A stretch of DNA of 64,000 nucleotides from Camelus ferus. Its lineage: Eukaryota. This document shows positions 41,400 to 55,060 of the stretch, one piece after another. The position numbers were made by a program, and so were the translations under genes. Every line of letters begins with the position of its first letter. Positions within the stretch are counted from its first letter, which is position 1. The notes under the pieces are model-generated. The model searched no databases. It was not told the origin of the DNA and worked only from the letters and a program-made list of their open reading frames with translations. The stretch covers positions 55,492,001 through 55,556,000 of the forward strand of contig NC_045707.1 of the NCBI RefSeq assembly GCF_009834535.1, in the 5' to 3' direction.

Positions 41400-41560
41400 A
41401 CATTCATTAATTCACTCTACACATATTCTGAATACCTACTTACATTTCAGACATTACCAATGTATAGGTAAATAATAGTAAACTACACCTAAATGTTCAC
41501 TGCCCTCAGGAAGCACGGCACAATTAATAACAAATATGACACGTGTCACAAAACGGTAGG
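41400..41560 (-). mobile_element. L2 3' fragment
   Basis: cattcattaattcact..ctgaatacctact..ctgccctcaggaagc. Confidence 0.65.
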
Positions 41561-41843
41561 AAGCATAAAAGTGCTTCAAGGATTAATGTGTAGTTCTATG
41601 GGGGAGTGAGGGAGGGTTAGACATCACTCATTTTTGTGCACAATTAGAAATGTGGTCACTGCAATAGATTTGCTTTGCTTTTAAAATGACAATCAAAACA
41701 TAATAACTGTGGTACCAATAAAAAATATGTAACACTTATAGGGGACTAAATGAATGACTTCAAGTCTATTTTTGGCCTTATTTTCAAACAACATTTTCAA
41801 AGATGGCTCCGCTATATTTCAAAGCAGAAGTTCAGAAGAAATG

Positions 41844-42078
41844 CAGTGGACCCTCGAAAAACATGGCTTGTAGAACTACACGAGTCCACTCAGAAGTGCA
41901 TCTTTTTCAATAGTACATACTGCAGTACCACACCACCCACAGCTGGCTGGCTCCATGGCTGCGGAGCCACGGACACGGAACAGCTGAGTGTATGGGGGCC
42001 AGCTATACGTTAGACTCGGATTTTCGATTGCGGGGAGAGTCAGAGTCCCTAACACCCAGCTTGTTCAAGGGTCAACTG
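41844..42078 (+). mobile_element. MER8/Tigger2-family MITE (second copy)
   Basis: TIRs cagtggaccctcgaa / ttcaagggtcaactg followed by TA; colinear with 14482-14696. Confidence 0.88.
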
Positions 42079-42979
42079 TATTTGATTTTTCATTCTGTGT
42101 GGTGTCACAGGAATTTTACTGGGAGTAATGGACGCCTTTCTCTTACAACAGTTCACCCAGACTGTTATCCTAGTTGCTGAGCCAAATGTCCAGATGCTTC
42201 TGTGTGAGTTTTGTTTTGTTTTTTTCTTAAGCCTCCTAAACATATGACTATGATCAGCACAGCTTTTTCTGTCCATCTTAGTGACAGAGTCAGAAGAGAA
42301 ATAAAGAACTGAACAACCAAATATGCATCCACTGAAAATATCTCAAAGGAGGGCATATTTTTAAAAGGCACCCCAAGGCACATGGGAAGTTAATTTTGGA
42401 TTTGAAAATACAACTTCAGAAAAGCAATATTGTTTATTTGGAAGAAAAATGGAAGGAAAAAGAACAATGGGTCTAGGTGTAGAGCAAAACAATCTACTAT
42501 AAAAATAGGCATCAAAGGAAAAAATAAAAATATGCCATGTGGAAATACATATTTCCCCAATGTGTTATGAAAAGCAACAAATTCTACTAAATCAAACTGA
42601 GGAAGAGACACTTCGTCATAATGATTTTCTACAGATGTCATCTGTGGCAGGCCACTAATTTATGTTTGGAGAAATAAATAAGAATAGGTTTTAGTTGAAA
42701 AATTTTTAGGTTTGGTGCTTAAGCTCTCTTGGAAGGATCACCGGCTCTTCTGTGTGCATAAAGGATACTTGGAAACACATATTCAAAGGAATCTTATTTG
42801 TGATATAAAAGCAGTAATGATCTACAAAAAAGGGCTTGCATCACTATCGTAATAAAAACAATCGTCGGTCCCTCTTCTCATCCTCTCTCACAGTCCCCAC
42901 ACCCAGTGGTTATTCATTTTCCTGTTCTGTTAGTGGTGTCACTATTTCCCCGCCTTTCAGCATTGAAAGCGGCTGTTAA

Positions 42980-43190
42980 CATCAGGCTTGGAATTAGACA
43001 ACCAGCTGATACCCAGCTCTGCCACCAGCTGTTTAACCTTGAGCCAAATACTTAACCCCATTCAGCCCCAGTTCTTTTCTCTACACAATAGGGATCACAG
43101 TGTCTTCCTCTCTCTGTTTCTGTAAAGGTCACAAGGATACATGCAGCCCTGAGTCAGCATCCATCACGTGAGCTGGCACCATCAGCACCA
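42980..43190 (+). mobile_element. MIR SINE
   Basis: cccagctctgccaccagctgtttaaccttgagcc..cttaacccc. Confidence 0.7.
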
Positions 43191-43789
43191 GGATCCCACC
43201 CACGCTCAGCATCACTCTGTTGTCTTGGTCTTCTTCTTTCTTATCCATCTTCACCGTCCCTGAGCCTGCTGACCCCCACTTCCTAACGTCTCAAACTCCA
43301 TTTCCTAGCATTCTACGTTCTTGGTTGCAAACCCATGTTCTACTGTCCTCATAAACAAAACCAGAACAAAAAGAACAGTCCTCCTTTGTACACCCACTTT
43401 CTGCTCTCCATACCACCTGCCCCACCCCTCCCCTCCGCCTGCCAAGCCTACCCAAACGTGACACCCAGCTGCATGAAATCACAGGCTAATGGGCTCCCCA
43501 GCCCTAAATGTTCTCAGATGGGGAAGCCTGGAAATTACTACCCACTCTATCTGGTAAGCAGAGTCTCATTCCTTCTGAACAGGATTACTCTCCTACCTAA
43601 GGCATTTAACCTCTCTCAGTACCTTCCATCAGGGGTTCAGCTGACCTTCCCACATGGAAGCATGAGTGCTCACTGTAAAGAAGAGAACTTCAACAAAGAA
43701 AGGGTGAATTTCTCTTTCTCCATAGAGATCACAGTCTCAACATACAGGAACCTTCTGGTTCCTACCACAAGAGGTTGTGTTGAGTTTGG

Positions 43790-43900
43790 GTTTTTTTCCT
43801 TTCCCTTCTTCCCCTTTCCCTCCTCTCTGCCTCCTCCTCCTCTTTCCTCCCTCGTGCCCTCCACTCCTCCTCTTACATCTCTACCTTTCTCTTCTTTTTT
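43790..43900. repeat. Polypyrimidine low-complexity tract
   Basis: ~110 nt almost entirely C/T. Confidence 0.85.
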
Positions 43901-44859
43901 ATTATACCTAAGGGGCTGCTATTTTTTCAGTCCTATGTATGTTTGGGGACATCAAGGTGCATCTGGCCTGAGCGATGCTCAATCACCCAGTGCAGCATCC
44001 AGCACCTTCTGTTCCAGAGGGATGATGTAAGATAGAGCTAGGTAGAAATACTCAGCCTGATTGGATCAGTGGGATTTAACTCTTTGTGTTTTATTTCTGC
44101 TTTAACTGCCTTACAATGACTAAACCCATTCTAAGAGGAAGAAGGGAAAAGGTATATAGCCAGTCCCTACATCACTTGTCTTAGAATAATATGAAAATAT
44201 TTCACTCACTTCTGGTGAATATTTGGACATTTAAAGGTTTGACTCCTTGCCCTAGAAAAGAACACTTGTTTTTGACATCTAATAGTTTGGGCTCTAGATT
44301 ACTAGTTCATTAAAACCTATGATAAAAGACACATTGAGGCTAGGATCCGTGCAGACTGATAAAAAGGATCCTGGGAAACAGTGGAGACAGGAGGACCAGC
44401 AGGATGGCTCCTCCGTGGAATTCCAAATTTGTGGGAGCAAAGGGAAGGAATCTTAGAGGTAATTAATATAACCTCTTGGGCAGAGAATAATGCCTACACA
44501 GAAAGGCTCCTGAGCTGCAGTGTCACCAGGAGAGGTCCAGGAGGAAGAGTACTGCAGATACAGATGACGTAATATGCCAGGCAGAGCTGCTTCCTCGTGG
44601 TTTTCTGTGGCAAAATGTCAGTGTCACTTCTGACTATGATTATGATTGGCTTGAGACACTGCTCATGGTCTACTGGGAATCACGTGGCTCATGCTTGCCA
44701 CAATACGCTTTCCCATGGGCCATCTCTTCCATTATCCCAAGGTCAAGCCCAGAGAACCAAGGGGACCACTAGATTCTATAAACATTTGAGTACCTGTGAC
44801 CCGCCATTAAGCAACATTCTACTTCCACATCTTCCTTCGTCCTACCCATCTTCTCTCTC

Positions 44860-45435
44860 TTTTTAATCATTAATGCTTCTCTCTGTCTGGAATTATTTCC
44901 ATCTGACAATCATTCTAAAGTATCTCCCTTATCAAAACAAAACAAAAACCTTCCTGTGATGTTCATATTCTCCTTCAGCTGACATCTAGTACCTGTGCTC
45001 CTCATTTAGCCAGAAGTATTGAAAACGTTTTTGTCATCTCTGCTCTACTTCTCTCATTCTCTCCTCAATCCACTCTGGCTTTCATCTTTGCTGGCCCACT
45101 GCAACAGTTATTGCCAAATCTGGCATGTATCTCCATTGGTGCTGAATGCTGCCGCATTGTTGGGCCATCCTCTTGTCTTAGCAGCAGCATGTGACACAGT
45201 TAATCACAGTCTTCTAATAATTCCCTGACTTAGCCCTCTGTGCTGCCACTCCCGCGGGGTTCAACTCTTCCTTCACTGGGAGTCTTCAACAGGTTACTCT
45301 GCCGGATTCTCCTTATCTTCTCAAATTCTAAATTTTGGAGTTCTCCTGGGTGTAATTCTTGTCTCATGATTTTTTTTTTTTTTTTTACCGTCTATATCCT
45401 GCTAATTCCTAAATTTATATCTACAGTCTAGTATT
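44860..45435 (+). mobile_element. L2 fragment
   Basis: ctcctcaatccactctggcttt..cagcagcatgtgacacagttaatcac. Confidence 0.75.
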
Positions 45436-47496
45436 CCTCTACCACAAATTCATTTAATGAAATGAAGTATTATAAGCCCGTTTAAACTTTAAAAAACAAT
45501 GTCCATCTAAGTTATTCCATTTCAACTTTGTAACAGCCCTAAAGTGTAGATATTGTTTTTAGTCCTAGGTGAATAAACTGCTCAGAGGAGTGAAATAACT
45601 TCACTTCAAAGTGTTTTAAAAGTGCTAAGAAACATAAAGGATTAAAAATTAGAAAACAGCTTTAATGTAATTGCTCATATACACCTAGGTATTACAATTT
45701 TTAGTGGCACAAATATAGTCCTACTTTTCAAAGTGACATTACTCTATTCAATATATAATAAATCTATCCTGTAAGAATATGCATTTTCCATAGAACTCAC
45801 TAGAATAAAACTATATTAACTTTTAAAATGTATGTAACAAACATACATTTTTTTTCTGAAATGATCCTTCAGGGGGGAAAAAAGTGACCCCCAAAGAAAC
45901 TAATGTTACTAATGAAACAGTGCCAGACCAACCCAGCAAGACAGACTACTCCAGCCATAATATTTAGTTCCCAATTAGTCTTTGGAGAAAACTTCTAGGG
46001 AAAATCATTAACTAAAAGAATTGATTTATTAGAACAATCAAGAAAATCGATGCTTTAAAACCTTAAAGTTCAAACAGGAGTTGAATTAATTTTTTATACT
46101 TTCAAACAAATATCGCCACGTCACAAAGCGATAGGCACAGCGAGTGCTGCAAGACGTCCTTGCTTTGTGAGTCTAATTTCACAAGGTTGCTCTAAAATAT
46201 AAAAGCGGGTCAGCAGGGGACACGACTAATAAATGTGGATGAGATGAAAGCGAACTGTACAAACCCAATATTATTTTTGCAACCTAATGATATTTGAAAA
46301 CTATTTGCTGGGTAATTATGATTAATCCAAAAGAAAATCTGGCATCCTGTGCTTTTAATTCAATTTATGAGTGATTAGGGCACTGAGAAGGTAAGATAAT
46401 AGCTCCCTTAATGGGGCCGCTTTTAAGCACAAAATTACCTTTTGAATGCTTGAAGGAAAACATTTCAAGATTTAAAGAACCCTGCAGTGATTATTAAAAC
46501 CTCTGACAAGTATTCTCTATGCTCTAATAATCAAACAAAATAGGAGTTCTTTGCCCGACTTAGCTTTCACCTTTCAATCCAGGTCAGCCAACCCCACCAC
46601 GTTGTTGCATCCTGGCTCTCATCTTCATGATAAGCTCTGTAATCTCAAACTAATTTTCCCCTTTTGAGCACAACTTCTTGTCTTTCCCTTCTCCCAAAGC
46701 TTCAGTGTTGCAGAATCTGATCATTCACCTCAGCACGGTCCCCACTCCCTCTGGTTATTTTTATCATCAACTCTTTATTTCCCATAACTCTTTATTTCTT
46801 CAACCTCCCTACCAGAGACATATACTTCACTCATATCCTCACCATACCTCTGTTGAGAATCTACCAGAACTTGCATAGAGAGCATTCAGAGCCTCAAGGA
46901 CAAGGCCCGAGATAACTGTCAAAAGGTCATTACGATTATAAAATAAGGAGAGATGAGCACAAATAACAGCAGGAAGGTAAAATACTGGGAAAGCAAAGAA
47001 CCAGGACAACATGACCAAAAAACAGCAGAAGCAGCAGTTTAGCAGGAGAGAGATCTGGGTGAGTATCAGAGCCCTGCGGCATGTGTGGGAAAGCTGGCTA
47101 CATGCCAACAGCCAGATCCTGTTTCCCACCTGTCCTTGGGTTCACCTGTTGGAAAGCTCTGGCATATGCTGGTGCATTTATCAGGCAGGCTGTGGTCTCT
47201 TGTGTTCATTTTTCTAATGCTTATGTCATACCAAACACATTAATGGAGTTACTTACAACTCCAATAGTTATAAATAGTTACTGGATAGTATTAATGGTAC
47301 AGGATTGGATCTCATTTTATGGTACATGGTTCAGGGAACAATGGCAGTGTAGCCACCCCTGTTTCTTAAAGATATACGTAATACAGTGTTAACATTAGGT
47401 ATGTTACAATAACAAGACAAAGTCTGACTGATATGGGCTCAAGATATAAACGGGGCCTTTCCTTTCCCCTAAGTGAAAATAACATACTCAACCAGT

Positions 47497-48468
47497 CAGG
47501 GCTGGTTTCAAATGTGTGACCTGGGCAATCATCCAGAGTCCCACGTCCTGAAGGAACCCAGCTTGGTTTAATGCTCTGTTGTTGCCTTCTTCAAATTTCT
47601 AATCATTTTATCTCTGAACTTGTGTTTTGTGAGTCAAGACTGAGGGGACAACGGAGCATGCATCTCAGAAAGGATATGTGCGACATGCCTGTCCATCGCC
47701 GTCCCTGGTCACCCCAGTAGCATGTAACATTTGCAATACTCCACAAGCACAGGGGTCTGGATATACAATGCGTGGGAGTTCACGAGACTCAAAGTTAGCC
47801 CAGGATTTCTGTGTTACATCTACAACTGAGTAAGCGGAGCACACTGGTCCTGAGAGGTCACACTTACCATTAGAACCAGAACTTCCTTCAAATGCAGACA
47901 AAAGACAATGGCATTCTACAAACCACGAACAAACCAGAAATCCTACTGTATCCTTTCATGTTTCTGTTACTTCTTGTATTAGCTGAACATTTACACTGAA
48001 AATGACAACATAGGAAAAAAAAGGGAAAGAGCAAACTATAGTTCTTTTTCCCTCCCTTACTCATCAGAGAGCTGAAGATAGCACATTGTTAGAATGTGTG
48101 AATACCAAAACACAAAGTAAGGACAAATTTTGTGCAGCATTTCCATATATATGAAATATGACTTGTATACTTTTGGTGGTTCTGCATATGAGTTAAATGT
48201 TCCTGTATTTGCATTATAAACACATATTGCATAATTTAAATATGAGCAGTAAAATCCATGCTAGTAATTTAAAAATTTAATTTTTCTTACTTATAATGAC
48301 ATTAAATAACCAACACAAAACACAATGGCAAGTCAAGAGAGAGACTGTGGAAGGAAAAGAAAAAGCTTTGTGTTCTACTACTTTTAAAGATATTTTTTCT
48401 CCTTTTTGAATATGGGGTCCTGCATTTTAATTTCGCATTGGACTCTACAAATTATATAGCCAGTCCTT
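47497..48468 (+). mobile_element. Complete MER45-family (hAT-Tip100) non-autonomous element
   Basis: Ends cagggctggttt / tagccagtcctt; perfect 8-bp TSD CAACCAGT at 47489-96 and 48469-76. Confidence 0.9.
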
Positions 48469-49799
48469 CAACCAGTTTACAAACAGAGAGGGCTGATCAT
48501 ATTCAGTCGTGTGTGAAAGAGAAGAAAGGCAAAGAGAATGGCTAGGCTTACTTTGGTGGTAAACCCTACTTACTTACGTAGTATTTGGACATAGGAAGGT
48601 ATGATGCACACAAAATGCTTATGTAGTTGCAGCATCTTAATATACATGCCCAGAAAGTTTTCAGTTTAGAGATGAAAGCTGTGGGATGAAGCAATAGTTT
48701 TCTTCTGTTCCCGTGCAACTTCCCCTCCTCCCACTTTTGAGAGTAAAATGAGTATTTATTATCATTTGTGGACATTTTAAGAGATGGTCAATTGTATTAT
48801 TGAAAATCTAATCTGTTGTAAAGAAATGTGCTAGTTAACATTATACTCTCATCTGTAGGAGAAACACAATGATAAGGGTAGGTGGGTTACACAAAACAGC
48901 AGACAATTCTCTGTATTTCATTCCTTTCCAACTTGACTATTGGCTTGTTTCAGGTTTTCCCAGGCACAATACTTACTGTAATTACTTATCATAAATTGCT
49001 GCACCACTTAATAGCTTTCTGTAACAAGCACTCTAATCATATGGAAATTGTCCGAAGTTTAGTCATGTTGTCCAGTTTAGTTATGTTGTCCTTCATTCAT
49101 CTCATCACCGTCACTCAACATTTAAGCTCGTCTTGATTTATTTGTTTTGACATCTCTTTCCTTTACTCAGCACAGATGGAAATAAGTGCTCTTAGAACCC
49201 TGAACAACATTTAATTCCTATTAACTAAGGAAAGAATACAGAGCATTGCCATTTCTATTACATTTAGAAACAGGAATAAACTATTTTAATTTTCAAATTT
49301 ACTAGTTCCTTAAAGCAAGGATGCAGTACTTTTTTTTTTTCAAAGTAAGGTAATTTATTAGTGGAAATGGTTAACATTTGCACGCACCTTGTCCTCTCAA
49401 ATTTCTCTTTTTTCTCTCATACATATCAGGTTGGTTCTGTCATTGTGCACCTGTGGAATACTTCAAACACTGCAGTATTTCAATAAGCCCCACCTTCCTT
49501 CTGATGATTACACAGAAGCTTTGGCTCAGAGGTCCCCTGCTGAAGGGTTTGCTTCTGAAGTTTTAGGTTCTTCGTATAACCATGTCAGGGTGTTTCTCTT
49601 CCCAGTAAAGAAACACTGACTTTGTTAGTAGTTAACATGTAATATCAATACCTTGCTTTCCCTGGAGATCTTCAGCTTTGCTAGTCAGTTTTCTTACAGA
49701 TAATGGACTCAGACTTAACTTTTATAAGATAATAAACCTTCTTTGAGAAACAAGGCCAGTTTTTCCCTGTCTTTTGTTTCCTAAAAGATATGAGATAAA

Positions 49800-50032
49800 G
49801 TCCCCATCTTTCTATGGTTCTATAAAACACTTACATTTATCATATTTATTTTAAATGTTTCTTATTAAAAAAAATAGTTTGTCCTCCCTCAAAACTGGGA
49901 GCTTTGAGCAGAAGCAGGTAGGGTAGGATAAAGAGAAATTATTTCTCGTTCATTCTGCATTCTCAGGACTTACCTAGTTCTTTCATATACTAAGCACTCA
50001 ATAAATGTTTGCTGAATAAACTAAATGGTTGA
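49800..50032 (+). mobile_element. L2 3' end
   Basis: taagcactcaataaatgtttgctgaataaa. Confidence 0.7.
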
Positions 50033-50424
50033 ATTTTAATCTAGATTTCCCCAGGGAGATCGCATTCAGAGTTATAACCCCAGATGTCACTGGCTGGCTC
50101 TACTTACTCGCCTTACTGCAGGAATTCTAGCTTCCTGTCGTGGTGTGTGGTTACTTGTGGTGGGGACTTACCTGGGCTCACGGACAGTGTTGCCGCTGGC
50201 TTCTATAGAACAATGTGCGATGAAAGCCGCACACTACTGGAATGCTATGGGCCCCGTTCACAATGACAGTCTTCTTGCCTAGGGCATTAATTTCTCAAAG
50301 CTAAACCGTGAAGCTGCCAAGGAGGTACTGGGTTCCCTTCAGTCAGCACTGTTCAGGTGCTACACTGTTTTTCCATGTAAAGATGAGGACTCCTGTTCTC
50401 TCCAAATAAATGACAGACACTGTC

Positions 50425-50600
50425 ATCATTAATTCATGTATCCAATTAACAAAGCTGTGCTGAATGTCTTCTATGTGCTAAGCACTGCTCAAGACACTGG
50501 AGATCAAACAATGAACAAGAGAGTAAAGAGAAAACAATGAACAAGACAGGAAAGGTACCTATTATTGTGGCATTTAAATACAAGTGAGACGAGAGATGAT
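50425..50600 (-). mobile_element. L2 3' end
   Basis: ctgaatgtcttctatgtgctaagcactg..aatgaacaagacagg. Confidence 0.7.
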
Positions 50601-51339
50601 AAATACTTGACAGATCTATGGTTTCAGAGACGATACAGCACAGCCTGTGCTCCCTATCTCAATGCCCTATTTCTCTCAATCGGAGTCACAAGCTTCCTTC
50701 ATATTTTATGGCTTCTGAAATCAAGATGTCTATTATACTGATGTGTAAATTTAATGTGGTGCATCCTTTTATGTTGTTTTCTGTGAACACTTGTTATTAA
50801 TAGTGCTTTTGATGAAGGATGGCTCCCTAGGATGAAGGAAATATGGCAATGCCTTCTGAAGGCATCGTTTTTAAGTTCTGCCTGCTGCACCTCCCACTGA
50901 ACACTGAAAACCAATTCATGGGGTTTTTGGGGGGGGGCGTCTTTGGTTTTGTTTTTGGTAAGTTGATCATTTTTTTTTTTTTTTTTACCATTTCAGAGAC
51001 TACCCCTCAAAATCATCTACTCAAAGGAAATGCCGTATGCAACCTAGACCAGCTACTTCTTACACTTTCTCCTGAATTCCTCTCCTCAATATTATATAAT
51101 TACATCCAAAAACCAGCTCATTCAACTGAGCCGAGAACTGGAGAGCACACTCACCACCGACTGTCTTTCCCCAAGGCCTCATATTCATTCTCCATGAAGA
51201 CCCCCCCATTCCTCTTAATCAGCTCATGAGATACATTCTTGACGGGCCTGCATGACCTCTTCACTAAATGTATTCAGACTCGCCTCAGACTTAACCATAG
51301 GCTCTACTTAGGCTCAAGCTGTACAACAGTTTCATAGCT

Positions 51340-51480
51340 GAAAATTATCTTGTCCAATCATCTCCTTTTACAGATAAGAAAACCAAAACCTCAGAGGTTA
51401 CATCAGATGTTCAAAGTCTACTCTAGCGTCAGGATTGGAGCTCCCGTATTCCCAACTTGGAATCCATTTATTTTTCCACA
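51340..51480 (-). mobile_element. MIR fragment
   Basis: ttttacagataagaaaaccaaaacctcagagg. Confidence 0.55.
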
Positions 51481-52562
51481 AGACTATGCTACCAACTTAC
51501 TTTAAATACTTTTAAAATTCTTTCACCTTGCGTCCAGACAGGATTCTTCCTAGATAACACATATGAAATATTCAAAATTAAAATCTGCAAGATCTTGTAA
51601 GAAGCTTTGGAAGGTATCATTGGATGCCTCCTCGATAGTGGGGCCACGAGATATTTAAGAATGTGTAAGATGACGTCTCAGCCCTTGAAAAATCACAGTC
51701 TCATGGACAATGGAAGGCCAAACATTGCAACTTATGATCATCTTCAAACAATGCTTACTCAAGAAGGACATGTTAGTGTTATACTAACAACTTCTGTTTA
51801 ATAATTTAAAATGATTGTCAGTTGCTGGTCATGCCTAGGTTGGAGCCTTTTACACACAAAGGACAGTATAAATTATGGGTGACCTATCAGTACAGGCTTC
51901 ATGTTTCATGACAAAGAGGAAAAATTATATAATAAGGACCGCAGGAGTCTTTATCCCACTCTTTCTCTAAAATTCATCTTCAAGCAGGCAGTGGTAAAGC
52001 TAACAAAATTCTCACTTCCTGGAAAGGACAGGAGTCGTATCTCTTTTCTTTTTCCTAACAGGCTACATGCACCAAAGCATCCGTGGGAAATGATGATGGG
52101 AAATTTTGCTCAGATAAAAGATGGTTCCTTTTTCTGAGAGGGCTGTGAGAAAAAAAATTCTGTGAAAGACTTTGGACTTTGTGATTTACATGTTAGAGGC
52201 ACTGGATATGAATAATGCAGTATTTTTATAATAAGTAGACAGATGACAGATACTTCATACTGTGTTTGGGAAGAATGCTTCACTCTTAACCACTTTTTAA
52301 TCTTGATTTTAGAATCATGTGTTTCATCAAATATCACCCAAGTATTATCACAAGGAATTACACACATCATCAAGCAAATACTTGATAGGGAGCCTTGGAA
52401 AAGAAATCTATGCTTCCAGTCCACTTGTGCTGAATTTGGAATTCTGCTTTACACTCCTCCTGAAGACAGTGGTAAGAAGAAATGTGAGGGGAGCAGTAGC
52501 TGATGAAATGAGGTTGGGAAGTTCTGGACTTTTTCCTAAGGATTAATAAGCATATGAGAAGA

Positions 52563-53002
52563 TATGTTCCCATACCAGAGCTGCTGTAGCAGAGTACCAC
52601 GAGCTGGCTGTCTTCAAACAATGGAAACATATTGTCTCACAGTTCTGGGGGCAGAAAGTCTAAGACTGAGGTATCAGCAAGGCAATGACCCCTCTGGAGC
52701 TTCAGGGAAGGATCTGGTCCAGGCCTCTCTCCTAGCTTCTGGGAGTTTCTTGGTTTGTGGCAGCCCACCTGCAATCCTCAAAGGTGCCATCCCTGTGTAC
52801 ATGTCAGTGTCCAGATCTTCCCTTTTTTATAAAGACACCAGTCATATGGGATCAGGGGTCCCTCCTACTCCAGGATGACCTTTTTCAATTTTATTAATTA
52901 CATCCACAATGACCCTGTTTCCAAATAGGTTCATGTTCTGAGGTGCTGGGGGCTAGGATGTCAACAAATACATTTTTAGGGAACACAATTCAACCCATAA
53001 CA
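52563..53002 (-). mobile_element. MaLR MLT1 solo LTR
   Basis: ctcacagttctggggg..tataaagacaccagtcat..acacaattcaacccataaca. Confidence 0.9.
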
Positions 53003-53335
53003 GTGTATTAAAAGAATAACATTTAATTTTGGCTTTATTTAAGAATGCCTTTTCTTCCTCTGTTTTTTGGTTGTTTGTTTGTTTTAGAATAGAACACTTT
53101 ATTACTATGTTTTTGTCAGCATCTTATGAAACAGTATAAGAAAGAGGCAAAAGGGAAAACTAAGGCTCAAAATGTAAATACCTAAATTTAAGGTGGTGGT
53201 GATGTGAATGGGAAATGGAACTTGAAAAGGAAGTTGTGTAGATCATTGCTGAAAAGGTAGAAAGACAGAAGTGTAATGAATATGAAGGGAAGAAGAGACT
53301 GCAACACAAAGAAGATATTCAGTTGGTGGACTGCC

Positions 53336-53670
53336 TATATCAACTGGCTTTTGCTGCATAACAGGTCACCCCAAATCTCCATGGCTTAAAATAGTCAACA
53401 TGTATTTCTCACTCCTGTGGAATTCAGCAGCTCTGTACTGAACTTGCCTGATCACTGCTCGTTCACTCACATGTCCCTCATTCTCCTCCTGGGATTAGTA
53501 GGCATGGCCAGCACATCCTCTTCAGGAAACGGCAGAGGTAAAGAGGGCAAGTGGAAATATCTAAGGCCTCTTGAGGCCTGGGCTTGGAAATGCACAACTT
53601 TGCTTCTACTTCATTCTATCGTCCAAAGCAAATTACATAGCTGAGCCCAGAATTAGAGTGAGAGGGCATC
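53336..53670 (-). mobile_element. Older MLT1 (H/I/J-like) LTR
   Basis: ttgctgcataacaggtcaccccaaatctccatggcttaaaat..aggcctcttgaggcctgggcttggaa. Confidence 0.75.
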
Positions 53671-54514
53671 TTCACATCTGAAGCCACTTATCCACTGACC
53701 ATCCCATCTGAGAGCTAAGGGCCAAAGGGAGCTTTCAGCCCTGTCTTGCCACCCAGAGATGCATCAACTGCAGGGTCTTCCCATGTGTAATTTCTCTCTT
53801 CAACCTGGAGTTCTTCCTTCCAAGAGCATTTATGGGCCTTGGTGATGCTACCTAAAGCCAGTGCCTAGGGAATCCAAAGGCTGCCCAAGGGAACGTCTGG
53901 TGCACGTGTTTGTGTTTAACAGGGACATAAATAAAGTGCATGTTGATGGGTACTGAGCTGCAGGATACGCAGGTACACATATACGTATCATACATACTCG
54001 CAAACACACGACACACACATTGGTTCTTTACAATGACAGACTAAAACTTCGGCCTCTTCAATGTAACCTCCCTCTTTATGCCCTGATTCTACCTTCTTAA
54101 TTTAAGTACAGCCAGTGTCGTTCACCTCTTCCTGTTGGACCATATTTTTTCAATATTCAGTACACTGAGAAACAGTTCAATGACCTGAGATATAAAACCT
54201 GAGAATATCACTGGAGAGATATACAACACTTTTGAACACATGGCTAGGTTTGACTACATAAAAGTAGCAAATTTTACATGGGAATGTAAAATTCAATGCA
54301 TAACGAGTTAGGATACCTATTCATTCACTTTATATATATATACATACAGTACACCTATACATATATACACACAGTACACCTACAGTACATCAAGAATTGT
54401 TCTAACTCTGGGGAGAAACTATCACTAAAATCATCTATGTCACAGGACTTTTTATTCTATCACATTAAATCAGCTCTGACATAAAAAATTCAGTACATGA
54501 TACATTGGATACTC

Positions 54515-55060
54515 TTTGATTCATTTAATATTTATTGAGTGCCTATTATGTTTCCCCTCACTATTCTAGGCTCCAGAGATACTTTGAACTCAGCTTACAT
54601 TTCAGCAGTAGTCATATATATTTATATATATAAAACAAATAGATATATAAGTAATGCCAGGTTCCTTAAGTGCTGTGCAGAAAAGCTAAAGCAGAATCAA
54701 AGGACAGACTGTGACGGGTAGGTGTTACTTTATATAGGGCTCAGCAGCATGATGTCTTTAACTAGCGGACACCTGAACAAAGTAAAAATTAAACAAGGAG
54801 AGAATAAGCCAAGAGAGTATCTGAGAGAGGACTCTACCAGGCAGCGATAAGAGCAGATACAGAAGCCTTGTGGCGGTATTTTGTCATATTCAAGAATAAA
54901 ACAAAGGCCAGTGTGGCTACCAGAAAAGGAGCCAGCATCCAGATCTGGTGGGGCATCCATCAGAGACCCTGTCAAGATTTGGGACTTCATCCCAAGTGTT
55001 AGAAAAAGGCATCGGAGGGTTTTGAATAGGGGGTGTAGGAGGACAGTGAGTCACTATTTT
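54515..55060 (-). mobile_element. L2 3' part
   Basis: ttcatttaatatttattgagtgcctattatg..aaggccagtgtggct..ggagggttttgaatagggg. Confidence 0.85.

Noticed and set aside
42390..42641. Hydrophobic 83-aa minus-strand ORF
   Set aside because: Phe-rich because of T-rich sequence; no family recognised
43335..44030. Longest ORF (231 aa)
   Set aside because: Runs through C-rich and polypyrimidine low-complexity sequence (P/S/F/L-rich); no domain or exon boundaries
49056..49091. 18-bp tandem duplication (similar small ones at ~22003 and ~50507)
   Set aside because: Ordinary slippage duplications with no sign of function
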